This document shows positions 1-20,492 of a stretch of 64,000 nt of DNA, in pieces. Position 1 is the first letter of the stretch. Every line of letters starts with the position of its first letter. The stretch covers positions 5,153,502 to 5,217,501 of the forward strand of contig CAVNZM010000015.1 of assembly GCA_963693365.1 (NCBI GenBank), read 5' to 3'. Under the pieces are notes generated by a model. It did not search any database, was not told the DNA's origin, and worked only from the letters and a program-made list of their open reading frames with translations. The position numbers and the translations under genes were made by a program. The stretch comes from Amoebidium appalachense. Taxonomy: Eukaryota > Protista > Ichthyosporea.

Positions 1-15
1 CCCTTTCAACCCAGA

Positions 16-53
<38 letters not shown>

Positions 54-174
54 AAACACACGCATACACCTCCTCTCCATCTCATCCCATCTTTCTCCTC
101 TGGTCAGAAAACACGTACATGCCCGGGTGTGTGCATGGTTGCCTGTGTCCGTGTGTATGCCTGTGCATGTGTGT

Positions 175-545
175 GTGTGCATAGCTGCCTGTGCATATGT
201 GTGGGTGCATAGCTACCTGTGTGTGTGTGTGCATAGCTACCTGTGTGTGTGTGTGCATAGCCACCTGTGTGTGTGCGCATAGCTACCTGTGTGTGTGCAT
301 AGCTACCTGTGTGTGTGTGTGCATAGCTACCTGTGTGTGTGTGCATAGCTACCTGTGTGTGTGTGCATAGCTACCTGTGTGTGTGTGTGTGCATAGCTAC
401 CTGTGTGTGTGTGTGTGTGCATCGCTACCTGTGTGCGTGTGCATAGCTACCTGTGTGTGTGTGCATAGCTACCTGTGTGTGTGTGTGTGCATAGCTACCT
501 GTGTGTGCATAGCTACCTGTGTGTGTGTGTGTGCATAGCTACCTG
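175..545. repeat. Minisatellite: catagctacc spaced by variable-length (TG)n
   Basis: About 16 units visible by eye. Confidence 0.9.
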
Positions 546-712
546 TGTGTGTGTATGTGCGTGCATGTGTGCTTGTGTCCGTGTGTGTGCTTGGCTGCAT
601 GTGTCCGTGTATGCTTATGTGCCTGGCTGCATGTGTCCGTGTATGCTTATATGCCTGTGCATGTGCCCATGTGCATGCACATGCACACATGTAACAGTGC
701 GTTTCCACCTAC

Positions 713-7314
<6,602 letters not shown>

Positions 7315-7601
7315 GTGGAGTGACCATTAAAGGAAATTTCAAGTGGGTTAACCATACAGGGAATGCTCTCTCCCCCTCCTCCTCCAACAATTGGGCTATT
7401 TGGCTGTCAATTTTTGTGGTGCCCCGAAGCCGGGAAGAAGTCAGAATTATAACACTACGAAAAAGTTGATTAAAGATCCAGGCGAATTTATGGGAGCTGC
7501 ACTTGTTTTATTGTTTTCAAGTGTACTTTAGAACATCGTTTATCGCGTGAAGTTGACTGCTTATCAAGGTAAAGGTAGGAAATGTGAGGAAGGGAGGGTA
7601 G

Positions 7602-7713
<112 letters not shown>

Positions 7714-8198
7714 CCGGGGGCGCGGGAAGGGGGGGGTAAAAAATGCAGGAGTGAAAAATTCCATAAAAAGAACAGAAACGAAAGTCTGCGGTTCGTTCTA
7801 ACCAATGTGCTTGCTAGTTGACTTGTTTACTAGCTTGAAGTTGTTGAAAGGTGCTTGGTGTAAGGCTCACGATGAAGGAGTGTGTTTTTTTCTCGTACCA
7901 GAATACAAAAGTGGCTTTGCACGACTTTCACCCTCATCCCCTTATATGACATATGAAACTTGCGCGAATGTTTTTCAAACGCTTGCCTTCACCATCCCGA
8001 GTAAACAAAGCAAAAACTGACAGGCCGAGTGGGCTGATTGACCAACTTTGCAGCCGGTAAAACGGACTCAAAAATAACAGTCTACATAATGTATACTTCA
8101 GAAAAGGGTAAAGGAAGGTATGCACCTGTACGTGTTACGTCATTTCTGCTTCAAACTCCTGCGATAGTCTGTTTGGTAATTTGTCCCGAGGGGAGCCC

Positions 8199-8249
<51 letters not shown>

Positions 8250-8658
8250 GGGGAACCCCAACTAATTGATTTCTCCTTGTAGTCTTTATGGTGTCTCGTA
8301 GAGAAAGTAAACCCTGATATATAGTCACCACCCGACATCTATGTACGTGATCATGATATACCGCTGAGGGGATATTCCGAGCAAAAACCCCCCCCCCCAT
8401 ACCTGAGACTGGTTCTCTTTGCCTCGAGTAAACAGCGTAAACCCCAACGTCACTTAGCCTACTACATAATACGATGCTTCATCTTAGAAGGGCTAAATAG
8501 AGGCTACACAGTTTAGGCTGCTCCTGCTACTATGATACATGTACGGCTGGGTGCCAGTGCACTGTACGCGTGGGTGGGCACTGGGCCTGTGTGTCAGAGA
8601 GGAGGGATTACTAATTTGCAACCAGGGGTAATAGGCGTGTGCCAAACTTCTAGCAAAC

Positions 8659-9661
8659 ATGACGTGTAGCGAGTGTGCCCGTCTGGGGGCCGCGTTTACG
8701 CAAGGGGAGGATAGGAATGAGTTACTGCCAGAGCTGCTCGAGCACTCAAAGAGGCTGGAATGCAGGTGGGTAGGGGTATGAAGAGGCATGTAGGGCACGG
8801 GGGAAAGGGGGCGGGAGTGGTAGGGGTGGAGACGGAAGGGAAGGAGGGTAGTTGGGGGGCGCGGGGGTGCCGTGGGGAGGGGGAGGAGAGGGGGCGGAGG
8901 TGCCGTGGGGAGGGGAGGAGAGGGGGCGGAGGGGGAGGGGGAGGTGAGGGGGGAGGGGGGGTTTGGGGAGGAAGGGGTGTGTGTGGTGGGGGGGGGGGGG
9001 GGGGGGGGGGGGGGGAGGGGGGGAACGCGTATTTTGTTGAGGCGGGGGGGGGGGGGGGAGGGGGACGGTGGGGGGGGCCGTCAACTAAAGCATCCAGAAT
9101 GGTTGGTCCTGTTGGGTGCTGTGAGGAGGAGTGGTGAGAGAGGAGGGTGGTGGTGGTGGTGGGGGGGGGGGGGGGGGGCGGGGGGACGTGGGCGGGAGGG
9201 GGGAGGTCTTGAAAGGCAGCTGAGGTGAGTGAGCGAGAATGAAAGATGATCAGTGTGGATAGGCAAATAGACGGCAGGCTTGTTGTTGGTAAACACATCG
9301 CTTTTGTGGATGGGCGGTGACGGGGGTCTTGTAAAAGGGGAAAAGGTGCCTGGAAAGGGGGAGGAGGAGGGGGGAGGAGGGGGGGGGGGGGGGGGGGGGG
9401 GGGAGGGGGGGCTGCTGAAGGTCAGATGTGGTCTGAAAGGTAAAAGGTGTTGAAGGGGAGGGAGGGAAGGGTTGGGGTTTGGGGAACGGGGGGAGGGAAG
9501 GAGGGGGGCGGGGCGGGGCGGGGGCGGGCGTGTGGGGGGGGGGGAGAGGTTGAAGGAGATATCTAATTGGGTCTAATTGGGTGTTTGAAGTATATTTTTT
9601 TTTTTGTGTGTTCCTTTTTTTCTTTTCTTTTCTTTTCTTTTCTTTTCTTCTGGCGGTGTGT

Positions 9662-9706
<45 letters not shown>

Positions 9707-9987
9707 AGTTGAGACGGACTCAGTGATCGAGGGTACCTAGGCAGTGAACGGTACTTCAAAGAAGGGATGATCCCGGGGTGGAGGGGAGGAGGAGTGGGAG
9801 GGAAGGGGAGGGGGGGGGGGGGGGTTAGAAATATAAATTCCCAGATCAGCTAAGGTGTTTAAGCAAACAGGACATGGCATATTAGAATATTAGAGGTTAC
9901 TCTCGGGAAGAAGGGCTGGTTAGCAGCAGATTTTTATCGAGATTTATGGCGTTTTTTTTTTCTTTTTCTTGTGTGTGTGTGTTTGTT

Positions 9988-10028
<41 letters not shown>

Positions 10029-10447
10029 GGGGGGCAATACGTGATTATCGTGAGCATGCTTAAGTTCTTTCTTTCTTTCCTTCTTTCTTTCGTTCTTTTT
10101 TTTTGGGAGGGGGAGGGAGGGGGGGGGGGGGGATATGGGGAAAAGGGGGGGGGGGGGGGGGGGGTTGCAAGAAAGAGGGGGAGCAAGGGGAAGAAAGAGA
10201 GAGGGGGAGAGAAATGGCCCCGGGGGGGGGGGGGGGGGGGGGGAGGTTGGGATCGGGGATACACAAAAGATGATAACTGGGCCTAAAATCTCGATGTTAG
10301 ATAAGGGGGAGCCTGGAGGAGGGTGGGTATGGGTGGTTGGATGGGTGAATGTCTTCACTTCTCTCTCGGTCCCTCCAAGTTTTGTTTTCATTCGATATAT
10401 CCTCTCTAATCTCGTGTTTTTCCGTTCCTTTGTCTTGTTTTTGCTTT

Positions 10448-10479
<32 letters not shown>

Positions 10480-11777
10480 CTTTTTTTTGGGGGGGGGGGG
10501 GGGGGGGGAGTATGCATTTTTTTAACCAAACCTCACAAATGCCTATCTTTTCACACAGGGAAGCACAAGGATGCGCTGGTGTGATTGAAATGGCCCAGCA
10601 ACACGCGCAGACACTTTCAACGAGTCAAGACCCCCAATCCCACACCCACCTCACCCATTCGTTTCGACTTTTGCGCAATTTATGTGCGGAATTACCCGAA
10701 CACCAAGAAAGAATTGCCACCCCCCGATTTTTGCGAATTTTTGAAGCGGCAGGCGGAGGGGTTGTGGAAGGGTGACCATAAAGAGGAAAATGTTGTTCCA
10801 TTGCATGCACTACTGCAGTTGTTAGGCAACGCATCGGCCGGTAACCCAATCATATCGTCCGTCATATGGAACGCCATGTTCCCGCGTACGCTTTTGGCGC
10901 TTTTGGGTCGACCTAACAACAAGACGTTTTCTTTGACGTGTTTTCTGGTGCTCAATCTGATCGCACAAGACAGTGAGCGATTACAGGCGATTGTTAGCAC
11001 AGAGGGGGCGCTCCTTCTTTCGGAGATTTTTGCTCGCACGGCGCTTACATTCCACCCCACACACCAAGCAGAGAATGGTGTTACTCCGTGTACACTCGGG
11101 GAGATTGAATGGGCGCGGTTTATTATCCAAAAGATTATCGAATTTGGACTTATCCCCCCGGCATATCTACGTTTTTCGAAGGAAAATCTACCAAACGACC
11201 CCCATTTGTCAGCGCAAAAGTCACTTGGATGGGTTCTTGAGCATGAAATTTCTACGGCCGGTGCGATAAACGTATTGGACACGCCGGCAGCGAAAGGGGT
11301 GTTGGTTTTTCCAATGGAATCGGTCATGTTTTTGGTAATGGAAGTATCGGTCACCCTTGCCAATTCGGATGTAGACTTATGGCAAGAACGAAATACGGAT
11401 GCAAATTCACTGGCAAATATTTGGCTACCCCTAGTGAGTGCGATTCTATCTCTGCCCACACCCCCAGAAAATGGAATTGTAAGGGAAACCGTCGCCAAAC
11501 AAACCGATCTGATTCAAAATGCAATCGCGCAATTGCGACGCGGGTGGGAAAGAATTCCGATTGTGAAACCGCGGACACAGGCCGATGTAGGTGGGGATAA
11601 CATAAATTCCTCCGGTGAATTGAAAAGGGAATTGGTGCGGCTAATCGGCAATGCGTGTTATCGGTGTGCTGCCGTGCAGGATCTAGTGAGGAGGGAGGAC
11701 GGCATTACGCTGTTGCTGAACCACTGCCAGCTGGATGCTAGCAGCCCCCATATAAGAGAATGGTATTGCAATCATCC

Positions 11778-11808
<31 letters not shown>

Positions 11809-12222
11809 ACCTTCTGCCTGCACGCTTAAATTGTTTGATTTTGGATTTCCCACCTTTGTGACGCTTTGTTGTTGCTCTTTGTTGTCTCCTCCATATTTAC
11901 AACCCTCTAACGCATACATCACCCCCCCCCCCCCCCCCCCCCACCCCCCACCCCCCCCCCCCTGCTCGTCTTTGGCCAAGACGGGTGGACTCGCTTATTG
12001 CTGTTGAAACAAAGTATGGGTTGGGAACCACGCGCGAGAGGTTAAAGAGTCGAAACCCATGCTTTTGTGGAGGCATAGGAACCCCCCTGAGTGATGGGCT
12101 CTGTTCAAGTGTCTTCTGCCTGCACGCTTAATTTGTTTGATTTTGGATTTCCCACCTTTGTGACGCTTTGTTGTTGCTCTTTGTTGTCTCCTACATATTT
12201 CCGACCCTCTAACGCATACATC

Positions 12223-12256
<34 letters not shown>

Positions 12257-12664
12257 ATCCCCCCATCCTCGGGCCCCCTCCCTCCAAGTGTCTTCTGCCT
12301 GCACGCTTAAATTGTTTGATTTTGGATTTCCCACCTTTGTGACGCTTTGTTGTTGCTCTTTGTTGTCTCCGCCATATTTCCAACCCTCTAACGCAACATC
12401 CCCCCCCCCCCCCCCCCTCCCCCCTTCACAAACGCTCACCCACCCTCTCTCCCCATCCCCTAAATCCCCGGGGCCCCCCCTTCCCCCCCCCCCCCCCCCC
12501 AAAAAAAAAAAAAAAAAACTCGTCCACCACTCCCCCCTTCCCTTCCCCCACTCCCCCTTCCTCCGTCGCCACACACAAGCACACACAACGACGTTCTCTT
12601 CGCTTCTCTCACCCGCAGACCCTCACCCTTCCTCTCAACCATCCATCTACCATGCCTCACCGTC

Positions 12665-12695
<31 letters not shown>

Positions 12696-12751
12696 GTCTC
12701 CTCCATATTTCCAACCCTCTAACGCATACATCACCCCGCCCCCTCCCCTTC

Positions 12752-12828
<77 letters not shown>

Positions 12829-13173
12829 CACATTGACACACACACACATCGACACACACGGGATTCCCCCCCCCTCCCCCCTCTCTCCCCACATAAAAAC
12901 ACACACGCGCACCACCACCTTCGCCACAAACTATACAAAAACAATTTACTCACAAACCAATACTAACACGCATTTTGTGCTCATGCACACACACGCACAT
13001 GCAAACACGTACACATGCACACAGACGCACCTACCCACCATGTACACAAAACACGCGAACCCAATATCTATTGTACTCTGACACACACACACAAAACAAC
13101 TACACACGGGATGTCTCACGAGCTCCCGTACACAGCGCATGCACAAATGTGCACAAACACACACACACAAACA

Positions 13174-13229
<56 letters not shown>

Positions 13230-13390
13230 GGGCGGTACTAGCCATCCGCAATCTCTGCGAGGGCAACGAAGCAAACCAGGCGGCAGTGCGTGCGCTCGAG
13301 AGACAGGGGGTGGTAGCCGACACAGAGGGGATGGAGTTGAAGGTGGATGATGCCACGGGCAAGATACGGGTGGCCAATGCCCGGCAATGA
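8659..13390 (+). CDS. ATXN10: Ataxin-10 homolog (ARM-like), 3 exons, with one apparent +1 frameshift in a C6 run
   Basis: Exons 8659-8765, 10559-11762, 13231-13390, all GT-AG. Motifs [29 protein letters not shown] and the C-terminal ataxin-10 domain [37 protein letters not shown]|[16 protein letters not shown]. Exon 2 is 1 nt too long, and the frame changes near 10720-10725. Confidence 0.9.
11810..12733 (+). repeat. Tandem cluster of the same element: 5'-truncated copies 11810-11921, 12285-12400, 12692-12733 around full copy A
   Basis: Near-identical sequence with variable 5' starts, a common 3' end and poly-C runs between copies. Confidence 0.9.
11962..12223 (+). mobile_element. Full-length copy A of a non-autonomous poly(C)-ended retroelement with a rearranged hammerhead-ribozyme-like RNA
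   Basis: 5' hairpin GCTCGTCT-ttggcca-AGACGGGT; GUU at 12020-22; GAAA at 12052-55; CUGAGUGA at 12087-94; 3' end aacgcatacatca followed by poly-C. Lies in ATXN10 intron 2. Confidence 0.75.
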
Positions 13391-13737
13391 CCGTGTCTTA
13401 GCAAATTAATATTAGCCTTTCTTTGTGCCCTTTGCTTTTGCCAATATTTTATGGTGTTGTATTGATGCAAGCAATGCTACATAGCTTGCTTCATAAACTT
13501 TGTGGTCAACTTTACAGTCGAATAGTGGTTTGTATCTTCTTTTTTTAGGTAAGAATAATTATTAATGGCGGTGGGATTTGAACACAGTGTGTGTTTGTAA
13601 CCAAGCGAGTAAAAGTGTGTGACTCGAATGGTGCGATGAGGCGTATGCATGTACAACATGCTGTGTAAAACTACACCGCTCTGTGCGCTCGGAAATGTGT
13701 GTGCGTGTGTTTGTGTGTTGTGTGTTGTGTGAGTAGT

Positions 13738-13782
<45 letters not shown>

Positions 13783-14121
13783 CACGCGCGCGTGCGCACG
13801 TGTGTGTTTGTGTGTGTGTGTGCGTGTATGCGTGTGTGTGTGTGTGTGTGTGTGTGTTTTTGTGTGTGTGTGTCCTGAACCTGGTTCTTTGTGTGTCGCG
13901 GTCCGGAGTAAGTCTGTGTGTGGGTATGTGGTTGTGTGTGTCCGTAATGCTCTGTGTGTGTGTGGGTGTGTGGGTGTGTGGGTGTGTGTGTATCTGTGTG
14001 TGTGTAATACTGTGTGTGTGTGCGCGCGGGGGTTTGTGTGTGTGTGCGTGTGTGTGTCCTTACCTGAGACTGGCATCGCGAGCTCTGTACGTGCCTCGAG
14101 TAAGTTAGAGCGTAAACCCCC

Positions 14122-14186
<65 letters not shown>

Positions 14187-14418
14187 TGTGTGTGTGTGTG
14201 CATGTCACAGCATGTGTGCATGTTACCGTGACTGCCTGTTCTAGATCGATATCTCGATCTATTACGATCTTCTGTGATAGTAATATATGCATATGCGTGG
14301 GTCCCCACCGCGGCCGGTGTGTGTATGCGTGTGCGTGTGCGTGTGCGTGTGCGTGTGCGTGTTTTGTGCGTGTGCGTGTGCGTGTGCGTGTGTGTGCACG
14401 TGTGTGTGTGTGTGTGTG

Positions 14419-14489
<71 letters not shown>

Positions 14490-14705
14490 GTGTTGTGTGC
14501 GTGTGTGTGTGTACATGTGTGTGTCAGGCTGTGTGTGTGTGTGTTTACATGTGTGTGCGCGCACGTGTGCGTGCGTGTGTGTGTTCTACCTAGCTGTGTT
14601 CTCTCTCGCTGTGCATGTTTGTATGTGGTGCTACTCGTCATCAAGACGTCAATGCTTGTGATCAATCTCTCTCGCTGTGCACGTTTGTATGTGGTGCTAC
14701 ATGTG

Positions 14706-14743
<38 letters not shown>

Positions 14744-14871
14744 GCCCCGGGTGATCAATCTATTTCCACTCTGGAGCGGAGTCTTTTTTTTTTTTTCGCC
14801 TGGAGATATAATTAGCTTTGCCTTGGGGCAAATAAATTAGAGCATATCAATAAAGTCATTATTAAAAAAAA

Positions 14872-15500
<629 letters not shown>

Positions 15501-15508
15501 AGAGGGAT

Positions 15509-15604
<96 letters not shown>

Positions 15605-16349
15605 CGGGGAGAGCGCGAGTTAACGCTGCAGAAATGGATAGGGTTTTTAGGGAGATAGGTATAGAGCTATACTATCGGATAGGGATACTATAGACTACTG
15701 GGCTACATGTACAGCGAATCAAATGCTGTACATGTGCGCACCATTTACGCATACATTATAGGTAGAGTGAATCACTCTGCGTCAATGTTATGCGCGCATT
15801 GCGCTGTGCATGCCACTAAGGCTTCGCTACATATGTATGTGTCTTCTGAATCAACCGGTACCTGGTTACATGCCGAGAGATAGCCTATGATGTCTCAGTC
15901 AGAGGATGCCTAGCTAGATGAACCCCCCCCCTCCCCTCCGAAGAATCCCCCCTCATCCCCCCACCAGCCCCCCCCCCACCCCCCTTGTACATATGTTCCA
16001 AGCCTGTACTTAGGTGCGTACCGTACCCAGCATGCATGATATGAATATCCATGTGTTGGTTTATAGAAGGACTCAAGATCTTGCGCAGAAATCTTTAACT
16101 GCATGCAGCAATGTGCTTTATCGTTGTGTGTGGGTGTGTACGGGAAAGTGTGTGTGTGTGTGTGTGTGTTTGTGTGTTTGTGTGTGTGTGTGTGTGTCAG
16201 GTGGGTGTATGTGTGTGCATCATGATGTTGGGTGCATAAGCTATCTATCACTGTATATGGGATCACTTATATCCTTGGCCGCGGCGGATTCATCAAATTT
16301 TAGGCCAGGATTGTTTTCGTTTTATTTTATTTTTGGGGGCGGGGCGCCA

Positions 16350-16388
<39 letters not shown>

Positions 16389-16482
16389 TGGCCAGTGACC
16401 GTAGCCTATCTGCTAGATGCGTGGCATTTACAAAGTTTTTTGCTTTGCTGGCAGCAACCCCCCTCCCCTGCCCCCCCCCTAG

Positions 16483-16519
<37 letters not shown>

Positions 16520-16615
16520 ATTTCCTACCCACCCACCGGTCGTTCTGTCTGTTAATTAGTCCCCCCCCCCCCCTACCCCATATTTCGGTCCCCCCCCCCT
16601 CCCCCCTCCCCGCCC

Positions 16616-16658
<43 letters not shown>

Positions 16659-17520
16659 TCTCAAATGCTTCTCCTTTAGAAAGCTTCACCCGTTTGTGCT
16701 TGTGTGCCAGTATGATGTATGTACACGTGTCAGTTTCAAGTGATGTGTGTTGTGTTTGTGTTTGTGTTTGTGTGTGTGGTGTGTGTGTGTGTGTGCGTAT
16801 TTGAAAGTGTGTGTTATATCATGATCACGTGTGTGCCTGTGTGTGCATGTGTGTTAGCGTGTGTGTGTGTGTGGGTGGGTGGGTGTGGATGTGTTTGTGT
16901 GTGTGTGTGTGCACACATGCAACCGCACCAATGTAGGCAATGCCTTTGCAATATTGTTCTTTCCGAAGCTTTGCTGAGTAGTCAAGAAACGATAGTATTT
17001 CTAATAGCCACATACGGAAAGGTACGTCACGGTACTCTTCTTGATCATAGCTACTGCTGGTGGTAACAGAGAATGCATGTCGATTTTAAGTCAACTTCGG
17101 AAACTGTGTACTGTATGAGAACTTGGAGAGGGGGCAGGCCGCCAACACATAAAGGATGCCACCACCCCTTTCGGGGCTCGGGGCTTTGGAGGGGGGTGTG
17201 GGAAGGGGGGGGAGGTGGGGGGGGGGGGGGGGGGGGGGTGGATTTGTTGCACTTTCAATTGCATTTGACGATCATGGTATATGTAGAAAAACCATGATCA
17301 TAAATCAGGCATATTCAATACGGAGACCCCCCCCCCCCCCCCCCCCCCCCCCCGCCCCCCCCCTCACCCCCTCCCCTTCCCCCCCCCCCCCCCCCCCCCC
17401 CCCCTCCCCTCCCCGCCCGCTCCCTAACCCTAGGGGTGACCAACAACGCCACTAAATTTAAAAAGGACCCACACCCTGCCGGCATGAACAAACCTACCGA
17501 TTCAACCGTGCAACTCTATC

Positions 17521-17811
17521 CACCTAACCTGACCCACCTTACCCGGTCCCACCTAACCTGGCCCACCTAACCCGACCCGCCTAACCCGGCCCACCTAACC
17601 CGACCCGCCTAACCTGGCCCACCTAACCCGGCTCACCTAACCCGGCCCACCTAACCCGACCCGCCTAACCTGGCCCACCTAACCCGGCTCACCTAACCCG
17701 GCCCACCTAACCCGACCCGCCTAACCTGGCCCACCTAACCCGGCTCACCTAACCCGGCCCACCTAACCCGGCCCACCTTACCCGGCCCACCTAACCCGGC
17801 CCACCTAACCC
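17521..17811. repeat. 14-bp telomere-like minisatellite (cctaacccggccca), about 21 units
   Basis: Direct reading. A four-unit (56 bp) higher-order pattern is visible in the middle. Confidence 0.9.
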
Positions 17812-18694
17812 GTACCATGTCAGCAAGCAAATATGTAATGCTGAAGGTGTTTTTGGGCTCGGTACACCGACCACAAACTCCAACTACACGGCCATCACCA
17901 GATGTAACCTGCCTCCCCCCCCCCCGTCCCCTCCCACAACCACCCACACTCACACACGTGCACACATCACACTACAAGAATACAAAATAACAAAGAAGAT
18001 GTGGTCGACTGTAGGAGCCAATCAAAGCCGCTCAGGGAAACGTAGCCGATTGTGTGAGAGTGAGCTGAGACCCATTGCAACATGTGTGCACGACGCTCGC
18101 AGGAGGGTGGTATGTAACCGGAATATTACAGTCGGGGTCCTTGAATAAGAAACTCCTTGAATAAGATACTTAGCGTTAAAAGTGCGGATGTGACGTCCTA
18201 AAACTTAGGAGTGACGTCATTCATTTATTATTGAAAATAAAGTACCGTTAGCTTTACCCCCGTGTAGGGAGTCTCTTATTCGAGTACGTGGACCGTACAT
18301 AATGGTGAAGTCGACTTTGCCCTTTGCACACCCCCAGCAGTAGGTGCATGACGTGCAAACGTGCAAAAAGAGGGAAAAAAAAACAAAAAGTTCCCGCGGT
18401 GGGGGGGGGGGGGGGGGGGGGGGGGGGGATACATAATTTTTTTTTCGCCAATGAAAGGAAGGAGTGTTACAAGGAGTGCCCGGGGGGATGTGAGGGGGGG
18501 GGGGGGGGGGTTGCATAAATCAGTTCTAGCAAAAGGGCAGGCTGTTTCAAAAAGCGCTTACCAGAAGCATTTCAAGAGTTCAAGAGAGCAAAAAAGAAAA
18601 AAGTGGCTTTCTGTGTGTGTGTTTTGGGACGGGGGGGGGGGGGGAGGGGGAGGGGGAGAGGAGTGGTGGCCACTGGTGGGGCAAGGGAAAGATA

Positions 18695-18729
<35 letters not shown>

Positions 18730-19952
18730 ATTGGGATCACTTAGGCGGGACGATGGTAAAGGGATGGTAGCTTTTGAGCATACAGTGCATGTGGACATCT
18801 GAGCCAAAAAAAAAAACCACAATGAGTATGTGCGGTCCTGGGATGGAAGCTACAAAAGAAGGACGTGTAAACAAAAAAAGCAAATGAAAAGGAAGAAAAG
18901 CAACGAATAAAAAAAGAACTTCCAAGAAATTTGCCAGGCAAGGATATAAGGAGAAGTCCAGTATTAGCTCCTTCACCAGCTCCACAAAAGAAAAGCCTCG
19001 AAATATCAGGGCAGGGGTGGATGGCAAGGGGGCTGAAAGGGGAGCTGGGAGATGGGGGGAGGGGGGAGGGGGGGGGGGGGGGTTGCCAGAAAAAGGCAGT
19101 ATTTCAGAGCCGTGTGTTGCAAAAACAAACAAAAAGAAGTGTGTGCGTTTGTTTGTGTGCTCATGTTCAATATTTTGTCTTTCTGTGTGTCTAGGTGTTT
19201 GTGTACATGTGTGATCATGTGTGCGCACGCGCACGCGCACAACGCCCACACATGTGCGCGTGTGTTTCTTGATAGTGTGCGCGCACACACGCTTGTGTGT
19301 GGATGCACGTGTGAACACGTGTGGACACGTGCATATGCACGTGCGTGTGTGCTTATACATATCCGTTTGTGTATGTGTGTGCATGTGCCCCGACCCAAAG
19401 CCCAAAAAACATTTGTTTTTCGTGTGTGTGCGCGTATACATATCCGTTTTGTGTATGTGTGTGCATGTGCCCCGACCCAAAGCCCAAAACCAAATCTCAT
19501 GCTGTGTCTTCTGTGCGATAAACACTGTCTGTTATACCGAGACTGTACACTTCATGTTTTTCAATCAACAGTTTTATTTCATTGTGATTCAATCACTGTG
19601 CAGGTCGTGCTCAGTTTGAATACAATTGTACCATATTAAAAACTTGTACACGGAGGCTATCTGCACTCCCACATACAAATTCATGAGCATACCGAAGATA
19701 AAAGAACGGTACTACAAAGAAGACCAGTTTATAGGTTTAACCCATTTGGCTTTCTTCATCATACAAAAAACGCCTCTGAACATCACGGGCACGCTGATGG
19801 CAGAAACAGTGACAATATTACAGGGTACCTGTGTGCAACCACCAACATTAACCCTCTACCTACAACAACATCTATCGAGTATGTTTCTCGAACGATCGTT
19901 CAGAATCTGATCTCGCAGGATCATTCTAAGCGGGGTTTGGGGCTTGTGTTGC

Positions 19953-20461
19953 CTAGTTGCCGGCCTGCTTCTTGAGCGGGGTGACAATGGGCTTGCAGGT
20001 GGGGTAGTCATATTGAACACCTGATGAGAGAACAGATGTTGATATGTTAGAATCTCTTTATCCGTCCGGCATGCAGCATGTGTACTTCTTGAGTATGCCG
20101 ATCTGCTGATCTACATACCTTATTATTGGTTGATATTTGAAAAGGTTGGGTGAGTTGTGGTAGCCACCCCTGCTGTTTGTATGGAACAAGCTCGAAATGT
20201 ACAAAGGGGCATGAAGGGTTCACGAACGTTATGTCCACGTAGTGACCGGCTACGTCATGGGTGGTATATGTGTGCGTGTGTGCGTGTACATGTACCGGTT
20301 CAGCTTTATGTGTGTGCCGCGTGTGCCTTAATGTTTGTGTGTGTGCGTGTGCGTGTGCCTGCATCCCATGTTCAGTGTGTGCATGTGTGTAGTTAACGAC
20401 ATTCAGGCCAACTACAGTAGCAGCATAAAACCACACGGGGTGAGGAGACAAGGAAAAGGCC

Positions 20462-20492
<31 letters not shown>

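Noticed and set aside
10585-11829. The 414-aa ORF as a complete single-exon gene
   Set aside because: Its first ~45 codons are out of frame with the conserved ataxin-10 N-terminus, and its end reads into intron 2.
17521-17811. True telomere or chromosome fusion site
   Set aside because: The unit is 14 bp, not tandem TTAGGG, with no head-to-head inversion and genes on both sides.
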